DNA from: Thermoplasmata archaeon
Lineage (GTDB): Archaea > Thermoplasmatota > Thermoplasmata > Thermoplasmatales > GCA-001856825
Length of the DNA stretch: 64,000 nucleotides
Assembly (NCBI GenBank): GCA_021792255.1
Contig: JAJYUZ010000002.1
Coordinates: forward strand, 96,001 to 160,000
Direction: 5' to 3'
Positions within the stretch are counted from its first letter, which is position 1. Each line of letters starts with the position of its first letter. Shown piece after piece: positions 39,730-49,196 of this stretch. Below the pieces are notes generated by a model. The model ran no database searches and was not told the DNA's origin. It saw only the letters and a list, made by a program, of their open reading frames with translations. The translations under genes and the position numbers were made by a program.

Positions 39730-40683
39730 ATGGACGAAATCTGGATCGAGAAATATAGGCCTAAGAAGCTTGATCAGGTAGTTGGGCAAACAGTGGTCGT
39801 AGAGAGACTCAAGAGCTATGTTCAGCAGAAGAACATTCCGCACCTCCTCTTTTCAGGGCCTCCAGGTACGGGAAAGACAACCGCTGCTACCGTGTTGGCT
39901 AGGGAATTCTATGGAGAAGAATGGAAAGAAAATTTTCTGGAACTGAATGCATCGGACGACAGAGGGATAAAGATGGTAAGGGAAACGGTAAAAGGCTATT
40001 CCAGAATTCTTCCGACAAATCCTCTAGGGTTCAAAATTCTTTTTCTAGACGAAGCAGATTATATGACCGACGAAGCTCAGGCCGCTCTAAGAAGAACCAT
40101 GGAGAATTTCACCAGAACTACTCGTTTCATCATTTCGTGCAACTATTCTTCAAAGATTATTGAACCCATCCAGTCAAGGACTGCCATTTTCAGATTCAAA
40201 GCAATTCCAACGGAATCGATGGTGTCGGCCCTTTCCGAAATACTTAAAAAAGAAGGGGTTGAATATGAGAAAAAGTCTCTGGATGTAATCGCGGAGCTTG
40301 CGTACGGAGATATGAGAAAGGCGATAAACACCCTTCAAGTCGCAGCTACATACGCGCAAAAGATCACCGTTAATTCTATCTACGAAGCCGCCGGACTGGT
40401 CCATAAGGACTGGGCAGTTCAGGTCTTATCACTCGCACTTAAGGGAGAAATTTCAAAGGCAAAAGCAATGCTTGAAGATGCTGTTATCAAGCAAGGAATA
40501 TCGGGGCAAGATGTAGTCGAACAATTCCACCGAGTCGTCTATGATCTCCCGGTGGAAGAAGGGCTAAAAGCGGACATTCTCTATGTGCTGGGGGATATAG
40601 ACTTCAGGATATCGGAAGGTGCTAGAGAAATAATACAACTAGAGAGTTTTCTTGGATATTTGTACAGTAGGGGCATGAAATAA
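39730..40683 (+). CDS. rfcS: Replication factor C small subunit
   Basis: WIEKYRP, GPPGTGKT, ELNASD.RG, LDEAD, AQAALRRTME, SR, GDMRKAIN; no intein. Confidence 0.96.
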   Translation: MDEIWIEKYRPKKLDQVVGQTVVVERLKSYVQQKNIPHLLFSGPPGTGKTTAATVLAREFYGEEWKENFLELNASDDRGIKMVRETVKGYSRILPTNPLGFKILFLDEADYMTDEAQAALRRTMENFTRTTRFIISCNYSSKIIEPIQSRTAIFRFKAIPTESMVSALSEILKKEGVEYEKKSLDVIAELAYGDMRKAINTLQVAATYAQKITVNSIYEAAGLVHKDWAVQVLSLALKGEISKAKAMLEDAVIKQGISGQDVVEQFHRVVYDLPVEEGLKADILYVLGDIDFRISEGAREIIQLESFLGYLYSRGMK

Positions 40684-40695
40684 GGAGTTGGTGTC

Positions 40696-41193
40696 ACGGC
40701 AAACGGAACGGTTTATGAAAGAGAATTGAAGCTCATTCTCGAGGGAAATGAGGAGAAGCTAGGAAAGGTTGGTTGGATGGCAGAGGATATCAAGAGTAGA
40801 ATAAAATCAAAGCCATTTCTAGTTGTAAGAGCTGCTGGAAGCCATGGATTTGACTTAATAATCATTAGAAATGATCTAAGTATCCCTATTGAGATTAAGA
40901 GTTCCAAAGAGAGAACACTGAATTTCTCTTCTTCATCTAACAGGTCACAGGAGCAGGCGAAAGAGTATGAGAGGATGATTTCCAAGACAGGGGTAATGCC
41001 ATTGTATGCTTATAGGCTCAAGAATGTTAATGGTGACCCTTGGAGAATTTTTACTTTTGATTTCCAATACGAAGGTAGATACCGAATGTTTGCAAAGAAT
41101 GTTCCAAAATTGGAAGTGACAAGAGGGGGGGCATATTTGATGAAATGGGAAAATGGCCTAAAGCTGACCTCTCTTCTAGATTATCTGTTCTGA
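40696..41193 (+). CDS. hjc: Holliday junction resolvase (Hjc-like PD-(D/E)xK nuclease); start probably the non-canonical ACG at 40696
   Basis: In-frame upstream ANGTVYERELK precedes the ORF-track TTG at 40726; VVRAAGS.G.DL, IEIKS. Confidence 0.8.
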   Translation, partial: TANGTVYERELKLILEGNEEKLGKVGWMAEDIKSRIKSKPFLVVRAAGSHGFDLIIIRNDLSIPIEIKSSKERTLNFSSSSNRSQEQAKEYERMISKTGVMPLYAYRLKNVNGDPWRIFTFDFQYEGRYRMFAKNVPKLEVTRGGAYLMKWENGLKLTSLLDYLF

Positions 41194-41204
41194 TTCCAGC
41201 TTGC

Positions 41205-41594
41205 CTAGACAGTCGCTACCAGCATCTTTTCCTTCTGGATTCCCCGTGGAAAATCTATTCCCCTTTCTATTCTTTTGTATTCAATGCTGGAGGGAGTCAG
41301 TTTTCCAAGAATGTATTCGAGAGCAGACTCAGCATTTTCTGTTGGACCACATGTAAAGATATCTAGTGCTACGAGACCGTGCTCAGGCCACGTATGAAAG
41401 CTGAGATGAGACTCCGCAAGAAGTATGATTCCGCTAACCCCACTTGGCGAAAACTGGTGATAATAGGACCTAATCTTTGTGAGCTTTCCGTACTTCACGG
41501 CAGATTCCATGACATCTTCCATAGCATCTACTTTCGAAATCTTCTCTGGCTCAACTCCCTTAAGATCCCCAACAAGATGAATTCCTATAGACAC
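41205..41594 (-). CDS. speD: Pyruvoyl-dependent S-adenosylmethionine decarboxylase proenzyme (an arginine decarboxylase paralog is not excluded)
   Basis: G.HL, F.P.GVS, LAE/SH.S.HTWPE, D.FTCG, RG. Confidence 0.85.
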   Translation of the reverse strand: MSIGIHLVGDLKGVEPEKISKVDAMEDVMESAVKYGKLTKIRSYYHQFSPSGVSGIILLAESHLSFHTWPEHGLVALDIFTCGPTENAESALEYILGKLTPSSIEYKRIERGIDFPRGIQKEKMLVATV

Positions 41595-41967
41595 CTAACC
41601 TTCACCGATTGGTCTGAAGAAATACCTCTATTTAAAGTTTGATTTTTGAACAGTAAAGGAATTACCAATAATATGCTATTAATATGAATTACATCTAATT
41701 AATTGTCAATATTCAGAATTGAAATTTGAATTATCGACCTTTTTAGATTTTGAAATGAGTATAAATTCAAAGAATGTCATCCGCTAGTATTTCCTACCGA
41801 CTAATAAAATTCGTATATGTGTGGAAAAGCAGAGTTTGATTCTATATTCTTTGGAGAATACGAATGTCGAAAAAGCTCATTCTTTATAAAGGTCAAGGGA
41901 AAAGGTTATTAGGCACATTAATCTGAAGGTGCTGAGCGAATAGCTCTAGACAAAGGATTGGTAGTAT

Positions 41968-42390
41968 ATGGACGAATTTACAAAAGTGAAGGATCTCAAC
42001 CAGGGATCCAAGAGAGTGACTGTTTTGGCAAAGGTCGTGAATGTGGGCGAAGCAAAAGACATACAGACAAGATACGGAGAACAGAAGAAAGTAACCGAAG
42101 CAGTCCTAGGGGACGAGACTGGAAAAGTGACTATGTCACTCTGGAATGAGCAAGCAAGCCAAGTAGAAAACGGCGACAGCGTCGTCGTTGAAAATGGGTA
42201 TGTAAGCTTTGTCAGGGGACACATGAGACTCAATGTTGGGAAGTACGGTGCAATAAAGAAATCCGAGACAGCCATTGAATCTGTAAATGAATCTCTTGAC
42301 ATGAGTGAGAAAGAGTATCAACCAGATGAGGTTGATAGAAGACCCAGGAGAAGCTTTAACAACAACAGGAATTTCAGAAACAGATTCTAG
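41968..42390 (+). CDS. ssb: Single-OB-fold single-stranded DNA-binding protein (crenarchaeal SSB-like)
   Basis: KVKDL, GDETG, LWNE, NGYV..RG.MRLNVGKYG; disordered basic tail. Confidence 0.88.
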   Translation: MDEFTKVKDLNQGSKRVTVLAKVVNVGEAKDIQTRYGEQKKVTEAVLGDETGKVTMSLWNEQASQVENGDSVVVENGYVSFVRGHMRLNVGKYGAIKKSETAIESVNESLDMSEKEYQPDEVDRRPRRSFNNNRNFRNRF

Positions 42391-43016
42391 AGGGAATACC
42401 TTTTTTCAATTATTCCCACACAAAATTTTCCTTTTTTATCTTTAATTACAATTTCTTCAATGTCGAGATCGTTCCGGAAGATTAGATCATATACCATTTT
42501 GAGGCTCGGGAACTGACAGATCTTGGACTCGAGGGGCTCCTTTAAAATTATTTCTCCGTTTCTATAATGAAACGAAGCCAGATTGTGAATTTCGCAATTG
42601 TTCCCATACTTGAGCAGAACATTACTGTCAGTGAATACTTCTACTCTTTCGTCCAGTCTACGAGCAACCAAAGGCACCCCAGTATAATTGCTCTTGAAGG
42701 TCTTTATGTGACAGCTCTTGCAGAGAGTAATAAGGTTCTTAGTGGAATCTGAACCTCCTGCGATCCGGGGAACTATGTGGTGTACTTCTACTTCCACCCT
42801 TAATCTTTCTACGCCGTCCTTGCTTTCTGATATCATTGGTGACTTGCTGCAAATTCTGCACCTGTACTCGTCCCTTTCAAGGATGATTAGTTTTGCCGTA
42901 TTCCAGGGGGTGCTCACTTCTTCCACGCTACCCACTTTGCTATAATCATAAACTTCTCCGTAGTGAGAATATTTTCTGTTAAGTCGTTCTAATCTCTCTT
43001 GGATACCGTCCTTCAT
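42387..43016 (-). CDS. HNH endonuclease with Zn-binding CxxC pairs and an unknown C-terminal domain
   Basis: RD.YRCRIC, EVHHIVP...GG....NLITLCKSCH. Confidence 0.85.
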   Translation of the reverse strand: MKDGIQERLERLNRKYSHYGEVYDYSKVGSVEEVSTPWNTAKLIILERDEYRCRICSKSPMISESKDGVERLRVEVEVHHIVPRIAGGSDSTKNLITLCKSCHIKTFKSNYTGVPLVARRLDERVEVFTDSNVLLKYGNNCEIHNLASFHYRNGEIILKEPLESKICQFPSLKMVYDLIFRNDLDIEEIVIKDKKGKFCVGIIEKRYSL

Positions 43017-43229
43017 TTTACCATCGGGTCAATTGTCGGATAATAAGGATGGTAATAAGCTAATTGACATCTGTCTAAAAAAATTTGAAAATCATTTAAG
43101 AAACGGTAAAAATTTATCTCAGTTCGAAAAAAATGGCCTGAAAAACTTGAATGACTTTTTTCACTAACAGGATGCTTCCAATCATCAACCTAAGTTTAAT
43201 AACACGTTTCCATAACTGGTTGAGACAGA

Positions 43230-43895
43230 GTGAGCTTCACAATATCCGGCATAATCTCGTACTTCATCCAGGAATCATTAGCATTGATGAGTGCACTTGG
43301 ACCGACAGGCGTATTCTTGCTGATGGTTATGGAGGGGCTCGGTCTTCCCTTCCCATCAGAAGTAATCATGGTATTTGCAGGATTTCTGTCGACTGGGAGC
43401 ATCGGATTGTTCATAGTCTATTCGCTAGCAGGGTCTATCGGTGGTTTCATTGGAAATTTGATCCTTTATTACATAGCCGTGTACGGTGGAAGGCCTCTTA
43501 TTCTCTACTTAGGAAAATATGCTGGTTTAAAGGAAGAGCATCTCGTGAAAACAGAGAAATGGTTTGATGCTAGAGGAGAATGGACTGTTTTCTTCGGAAG
43601 GTTCGTTCCAGGCTTCAGGTCTTATATGAGTATTCCTGCAGGAGTCTCTAAGATGAATGTAGCAAAGTTTTCGATATTTACTTTGTCTGGGTCTCTTATT
43701 TGGTCCACTGCTCTTGCAACTGGAGGGTACGTCTTAGGGAAGTCTTGGGACAAACTGGTTCCAATCATTAGCAACGTTGGTACGGTCCTGCTTGTAGTAT
43801 TCGTAATCGCTTTCGCTGCGTATTTCTTCTATCGCTTCTATGTTAGAGCAAAACAGAAAGAGAGTACTACTCCCGTCGACGAATCCCAAAAGTAA
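43230..43895 (+). CDS. DedA family membrane protein
   Basis: EG.GLPFPSE...FAGF, GRFVPG.R..SIPAG. Confidence 0.9.
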   Translation: MSFTISGIISYFIQESLALMSALGPTGVFLLMVMEGLGLPFPSEVIMVFAGFLSTGSIGLFIVYSLAGSIGGFIGNLILYYIAVYGGRPLILYLGKYAGLKEEHLVKTEKWFDARGEWTVFFGRFVPGFRSYMSIPAGVSKMNVAKFSIFTLSGSLIWSTALATGGYVLGKSWDKLVPIISNVGTVLLVVFVIAFAAYFFYRFYVRAKQKESTTPVDESQK

Positions 43896-43956
43896 AAGGA
43901 TCAAAGTGACACAGGTCAACGTGCCACGAAATGTGCACTAATAGGGACAATGTAAT

Positions 43957-44601
43957 TCAGAGAAATCCAAAGGACGCGAAGAAGTAGAGTACCAATGAAG
44001 CGGCAATGCCAAATACTATTGCCCAGTACTTTCTGTTCCAAGCAAATACCTTGCTCCCGTCAAGGGGAGGAAAAGGTACCATGTTGAAGAGACCCAGCCA
44101 GAGGTTAATGTATACGAGGAAAAAAACCGCTGCATAGTACATAAAAGGCATAGAAATGAACAACAACACTGGCAGTAGAACAACTCCCATCACCAAGTTT
44201 GCAATTGGGCCAGCTAGCGCGATTTTTCCTTCCCTAATTGGATTTCTATAGCTAGCGAAATACACGGCCCCAGGAAGGGCAAACAAGAATCCTATTAGGC
44301 CAGTTACTATGGTGAGTATCAATCCAATAGGCCACATTCTAAACTCTGACCAGGCACCATAGTGTATTGCGGTAAACTTGTGGCTCATTTCGTGTAACAG
44401 AAAAGCTGTGACCGTCATCAAAAAGCCGATACCCAGAGCGGGAAGAAGTTGCAATTTAATTGTGGTCCCGTGAACCGAGAACGAATAACGGTATATTATC
44501 AGAAACAGTGCCACTGAGAGCGTTACAACTGATATAGCTATGTCTTGAATTTCTTTCTTTGAGAAGTTGCTCTTCTTGTACGTAACTGTGTATGTGGCCA
44601 T
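43957..44601 (-). CDS. Small site-2 protease (M50)
   Basis: HEMSHK, PGAV, GKIALAGP..N, FNMVPFPPLDG.K; ATG at 44601 preferred. Confidence 0.88.
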   Translation of the reverse strand: MATYTVTYKKSNFSKKEIQDIAISVVTLSVALFLIIYRYSFSVHGTTIKLQLLPALGIGFLMTVTAFLLHEMSHKFTAIHYGAWSEFRMWPIGLILTIVTGLIGFLFALPGAVYFASYRNPIREGKIALAGPIANLVMGVVLLPVLLFISMPFMYYAAVFFLVYINLWLGLFNMVPFPPLDGSKVFAWNRKYWAIVFGIAASLVLYFFASFGFL

Positions 44602-44692
44602 TTGTCCATGCAGTGAATTAACATATTTAACCTGATTGAGAATTTCAATTTGACCACGCAAAATATTTATCAAATATTGGTCTGAATGAACA

Positions 44693-45571
44693 ATGGAGAA
44701 AATGGGAATTGTCAGGCAGTTGTGGCGGATCATTATAACGGGCCTTGTGCTGATAGCCATAGTTTTCTTCCTGACAAAAATAGTTTCAATAATACCTCAA
44801 GTATTAGTAAAATATACCAATCTAATCCAGGCAGTTCTGCTTGGTATAATTTTATATGTATTGTTGAGGTCGATTCTGAAAGCTCTTCAAAAGGTTCTGG
44901 AACGGAGAATTCACAAGAAGTACGCCCGACCACTGATTTTCCTTGTTTCTGTCGTTGGTTACTTTATCATCTTATTGGCCATATTGGCACTGTTAGGGGT
45001 AAATTTAAGTTCGATTATACTCGGTAGCGCATTTGCCGGTGCCATCGTAGGACTCGCTGCACAACAGATCCTCTCAAATTTCTTCAGCGGTATCTTGTTG
45101 ATTTGGTCAAGACCGTTCGTCCCGGGAGACTATATTGAATTTAATTCGTGGCAATATTCCTACATGCTTCCTTCTTACCCTCCGAAGTTCCTTTCTAGGG
45201 ACGAATTTAGGTGGAGGATTTCTGGAAAGGTAGACGATATTTCTATGAATTATACGACCATAATCGAAGATGACGGAACAGTGACTAAGATGCCTAACAG
45301 TATTGTGATTCAGGGAGCTACGACGGTCAATCCGTCACGAAACAAGATACAAGTCAGAACGGAATTGCCTAAAAGCATTGATTACACTAAGCTCAAGAAA
45401 GATGTCGAGGAAATAGCCGCGAGTATCAAAGAAATCACCGACTGGAAAATAATGGTCGAGGAAGTCGGGCGAGAAACATATCTTGCCAAGATCACGATGA
45501 CAATAGCCGGGGGAGACCTTGAAGGAACGCGGGGAAGGTTCATGGAGAGTCTCCTGGCTGCAGCGAAGTGA
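44693..45571 (+). CDS. Small-conductance mechanosensitive channel MscS
   Basis: GAIVGLAAQ..LSNFFSG, RPF..GD.I, G.V..I...YT, PNS. Confidence 0.9.
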   Translation: MEKMGIVRQLWRIIITGLVLIAIVFFLTKIVSIIPQVLVKYTNLIQAVLLGIILYVLLRSILKALQKVLERRIHKKYARPLIFLVSVVGYFIILLAILALLGVNLSSIILGSAFAGAIVGLAAQQILSNFFSGILLIWSRPFVPGDYIEFNSWQYSYMLPSYPPKFLSRDEFRWRISGKVDDISMNYTTIIEDDGTVTKMPNSIVIQGATTVNPSRNKIQVRTELPKSIDYTKLKKDVEEIAASIKEITDWKIMVEEVGRETYLAKITMTIAGGDLEGTRGRFMESLLAAAK

Positions 45572-45662
45572 CTAAGAGCGTTTCCCTGTTTGGAACTTAT
45601 GCGATTTAGATGACAAAATATTTTATTCACAGTTGCTGATAAGCTGATAGAGAGGAGATCAA

Positions 45663-46322
45663 ATGGTAAAACTAACGTGGTACGGACACTCGGCATGGCA
45701 AATTGATTTTCAGGACACCGTAGTACTTGTCGACCCTTTTCTGAAGAATAATCCGAAAGCACCTGTGAAACCAGATGACTTAAAAAAAGTGGATTTCGTG
45801 ATAGTAACTCACAACCACGACGATCATTTAGGAGATGCATTCGAAATCACCAGAAACAAGGGGGCAAAACTCATTTCGATCTTTGAAAACATACTACTCG
45901 CTTCGAATGAAAACATTCCTGAAGATAATTTGATGGGAATGAATATCGGTAGCGAAGTCGATTTTGGAAAGATCAAGGTTGCTCTTGTTCAAGCAGTTCA
46001 TAGCGGCAATTGTAGTGGTGCAGTGATAACTGGAGATGGGATTACGATTTACCACGCGGGAGATACAGGACTTTTTGGGGACATGAGACTTATTGGGCAG
46101 ATGTACAGGCCGAAGGTTTCCCTCCTGCCAACTGGGGGGTTCTATACGATGGGGCCAAAGGAGGCGGCCATGGCAGCGAGATTGATCGGTTCTGAAGTAG
46201 TCATTCCTATGCACTATGGTACTTTCCCGGGCATCGATTCAAATCCGAATGAACTTCGAGAAGCACTAGGAGAGGAGTTTAAAGTACCAATTCTTAAGCC
46301 AGGTGAATCGTTTATAATCTGA
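45663..46322 (+). CDS. Metallo-beta-lactamase-fold hydrolase (UPF0173/UlaG-like)
   Basis: WYGHS, DPF, THNHDDH.GD, YHAGDTG, PMHYGTF. Confidence 0.88.
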   Translation: MVKLTWYGHSAWQIDFQDTVVLVDPFLKNNPKAPVKPDDLKKVDFVIVTHNHDDHLGDAFEITRNKGAKLISIFENILLASNENIPEDNLMGMNIGSEVDFGKIKVALVQAVHSGNCSGAVITGDGITIYHAGDTGLFGDMRLIGQMYRPKVSLLPTGGFYTMGPKEAAMAARLIGSEVVIPMHYGTFPGIDSNPNELREALGEEFKVPILKPGESFII

Positions 46323-46366
46323 AGAGGGAAAGAGAAAGAATTAATTTCATAAAACTCTATTCTGTC

Positions 46367-47299
46367 GTGCCAAGTGGATACTATCTAGGCTTTGATGTTG
46401 GAGGAACTAAGATTACATCGGTGCTTTCTTCAAAAGAAGGAAAAATCAAAAAAAGGGTAGAAGTAAAGACAAGGAAATTTAAAGGCGTTCTTGACCTTAT
46501 TGACCAGATTTACTCCACAGGTAAGCAGTTTGACGACTACGATAATATTGGAGTAATATTCCCAGCCCCTATTTCTAAGAAGGGTGTATCTCTTACAGCG
46601 CCTAATCTTATAGGATGGGATCGCGTAAACATCAAAAACAAGCTAAGAGAAGTATTTCACAAAGATGTATTTATAGAAAATGACGCCACCGCGCAGGCGA
46701 TATCTGTCAAGCTATTTGACAAAGGAAGGAAGTACAAGAACTTCGTTTACCTGGTGGTAGGAACGGGTATTGGAGGTGGCATATTCGTTGACAATGAAGT
46801 CTACAGAGGTGGAAATGGTTACGCTGGCGAACTAGGTCATTCCGTAGTCTTAGCAAATGGCCCGATTTGTGGTTGCGGAAGGAGGGGATGTATAGAGTCT
46901 CTGGCTTCTGGTCGTGCGCTGGCAAGAAGGGCTATAGAGAATTCAAAAGAGATAAGGAACTCTCCTTTCCTGTCGTCAATACCTCTCGAGAGGTTATCCG
47001 CAGAAGACCTATTCAGTGGCAGAAAGCTGGGCGATCCATTCTCCACTCTGTTGGTGGATGAGACGATATACTACCTTTCAGTAGCAATCTCTAACTTTAT
47101 CAACGAATTCGATCCCGAGGCAATATTTCTCGGAGGCGGTCTGATGAAGAACGACCCAACTCTAATCTCCGAGCTGAAGGAATCAATCGACCACGAGCTT
47201 GGAAAATATTACAGAGACGTGCCGGTCATAAAGGTAGCTGATAAAACCGTAGAACTGGCTCCCATCGCGCTCTCGATCTATGAATCTTCCAAACGATAA
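46367..47299 (+). CDS. ROK-family sugar kinase (probable glucokinase)
   Basis: DVGGTK, ENDA, GTGIGGG, GELGH, CGCGRRGCIE. Confidence 0.88.
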   Translation: MPSGYYLGFDVGGTKITSVLSSKEGKIKKRVEVKTRKFKGVLDLIDQIYSTGKQFDDYDNIGVIFPAPISKKGVSLTAPNLIGWDRVNIKNKLREVFHKDVFIENDATAQAISVKLFDKGRKYKNFVYLVVGTGIGGGIFVDNEVYRGGNGYAGELGHSVVLANGPICGCGRRGCIESLASGRALARRAIENSKEIRNSPFLSSIPLERLSAEDLFSGRKLGDPFSTLLVDETIYYLSVAISNFINEFDPEAIFLGGGLMKNDPTLISELKESIDHELGKYYRDVPVIKVADKTVELAPIALSIYESSKR

Positions 47300-47397
47300 A
47301 TAATCAGAATTTCATCTTTTTTTCTTCGGACTCAGCTCACTGTCCAGGTGAAACAAAGGTTAGAAACGTTTTTAGCCACATTTCTATGATTACCAGT

Positions 47398-48585
47398 ATG
47401 ACGAAGATCAAAGATGTTGCCATAATTGAGCTCGGGGAAGAGGGAGAAAAGTCGAGTCCATGGAGTTCCACCATATTGGTTTTAAAGATCGAGACGGCAG
47501 ATGGAGAAATAGGTTACGGGGAAGCTCCCACAACACTTATGACTCGACCTGTCTATGAACAAATGAAAGAAGTTGGACGGGTCTTTATGAACAAGGAAGT
47601 CGAGGAAATCGGGAAAAATTACCTTGAATTTTACAAACATTCCTTCTATCTTCCTGTTTCTATGGAATCCACGGCAGCACTGAGTGCTTTCGAAATTGCA
47701 TCTTGGGACGTAGTGGGAAAGGAATATGGTGCTCCCATCTACGACCTCCTGGGAGGAAAATTACGGGACAAAGTCAGAGCATATGCGAACGGATGGTACG
47801 ATAACTGCGTAACGCCGCAGAATTTCTTGTCAAAAGCCAAGGAAGTGGAAAGCATGGGATTCGGGGCGGTCAAATTTGATCCATTTGGTTCTAGCTATGA
47901 CAAGATTGAAGAAGAGGATGTGGGAAAAGCAAGAAGAATAATTCAAACTCTGAAGGAGAAGACGAAGCTAGATCTTCTTATAGAATGTCACGGAAGATTT
48001 TCGGCAAACTCAGCGATAAGAGTAACGGAGGGAATTGAAGATTTAGAGCCTTATTTCGTTGAGGAGCCGGTGCATCCAGACCAATTTGAGGGACTAAAAA
48101 GACTGAGGGAGAAAACGGAAGTTAGAATAGCGCTTGGGGAAAGGGTACTTAACAAGAACCTCTTCCTTCCTTACCTTACTGCAGATTTAGTTGATGTAAT
48201 CCAACCAGATGTGACAAATGTCGGGGGTATAATTCAGGCAAAAGAGTCGGCTGTTCTCGCAGATTCATTCGGGGTTGAAGTAGCATATCATAATGCCTTT
48301 GGACCAATACAATCGGCAGCGACTCTGCATCTGGATTATAGCATCCCGAACTTCCTGATCCAGGAGAGTTTTGAAAAGTTCTGGCCCAAGTGGAAAAAAG
48401 GATTAGTCAAGTCCGGCTACAGACTTGAAAACGGATTTTTTACACTAAATGGGAAACCAGGTTTGGGAATAGAAATTGACGAAAGAATTTTGGACGAGTA
48501 CAAAACGGAAATGATGGAGCCATTCAATCCCGAGGAACCACCATGGGTAGTAAAGGGTACGTTCAAAAAGGAGAGATCACGTTGA
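47398..48585 (+). CDS. gad: Gluconate (galactonate) dehydratase, enolase superfamily
   Basis: SPWSSTI, GYGEA, YANGWY..C..P, KFDPFG, E.HGRF, EEP, GER, HNAFGPIQ: resembles archaeal ED dehydratases. Confidence 0.85.
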   Translation: MTKIKDVAIIELGEEGEKSSPWSSTILVLKIETADGEIGYGEAPTTLMTRPVYEQMKEVGRVFMNKEVEEIGKNYLEFYKHSFYLPVSMESTAALSAFEIASWDVVGKEYGAPIYDLLGGKLRDKVRAYANGWYDNCVTPQNFLSKAKEVESMGFGAVKFDPFGSSYDKIEEEDVGKARRIIQTLKEKTKLDLLIECHGRFSANSAIRVTEGIEDLEPYFVEEPVHPDQFEGLKRLREKTEVRIALGERVLNKNLFLPYLTADLVDVIQPDVTNVGGIIQAKESAVLADSFGVEVAYHNAFGPIQSAATLHLDYSIPNFLIQESFEKFWPKWKKGLVKSGYRLENGFFTLNGKPGLGIEIDERILDEYKTEMMEPFNPEEPPWVVKGTFKKERSR

Positions 48586-49196
48586 AGATTCACGACCTAT
48601 CTATACCGCTGGAGGATGGAATGCCTTACTTCAATGGGGATCCTATACCGACCATCAAGCAGTACAAGAGCATACAGAATGAAGGATACAACATCAAGGA
48701 ACTGAAAATCGGAACTCATACCGGCACTCATTTAGACGCACCGGCTCACTTCATAAGTGGTGGGAAGACCGTAGATCAGTTGGACATTGCGGATCTCGGA
48801 GGGAAAGGAACGTGTATTTCCTATGATCCTTCGAAGGAAATAGAATTGCCAGAAAATAAATACGAAATAATTCTACTTTACACTGGGTACAATTTGAATT
48901 GGAGTAATTTTAAGGTGTTTGAGAATTTTAGTTACATAAGGAAAGAGCACGCAGAGCGACTTAGAGACTATGGCATAAAACTCGTCGGTATAGACTCTCC
49001 ATCTGCGGAACACCAGAATTCAAAAAATTTTGAAACACACCGAACTCTGTTGGGAAGTTCAATACCTATTATTGAAAATCTTAATTCCATCACCCTATCT
49101 GGTTTGATAAATCACACATTCATTGTTCAGGCGATGCCTATCCTCGTAAAGGGTGGAGATGGGGCACCAGCTAGGGTCGTCGCAATAGAGGTGTGA
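48582..49196 (+). CDS. Cyclase/kynurenine formamidase-family metallohydrolase
   Basis: DLS, HTGTHLDAPAH, GIDSPS, H..LL, IENL, DGAPARV; TTG start overlaps the gad stop. Confidence 0.85.
   Translation: MKIHDLSIPLEDGMPYFNGDPIPTIKQYKSIQNEGYNIKELKIGTHTGTHLDAPAHFISGGKTVDQLDIADLGGKGTCISYDPSKEIELPENKYEIILLYTGYNLNWSNFKVFENFSYIRKEHAERLRDYGIKLVGIDSPSAEHQNSKNFETHRTLLGSSIPIIENLNSITLSGLINHTFIVQAMPILVKGGDGAPARVVAIEV

Noticed and set aside
41600-41945. AT-rich gap considered as a replication origin
   Set aside because: No ORB repeats and no adjacent cdc6/orc1; explained by divergent promoters of speD and ssb.
42387-43229. HNH gene as IscB/Cas9-like RNA-guided nuclease
   Set aside because: No RuvC motifs, PLMP N-terminus, bridge helix, repeat array or structured upstream RNA visible.
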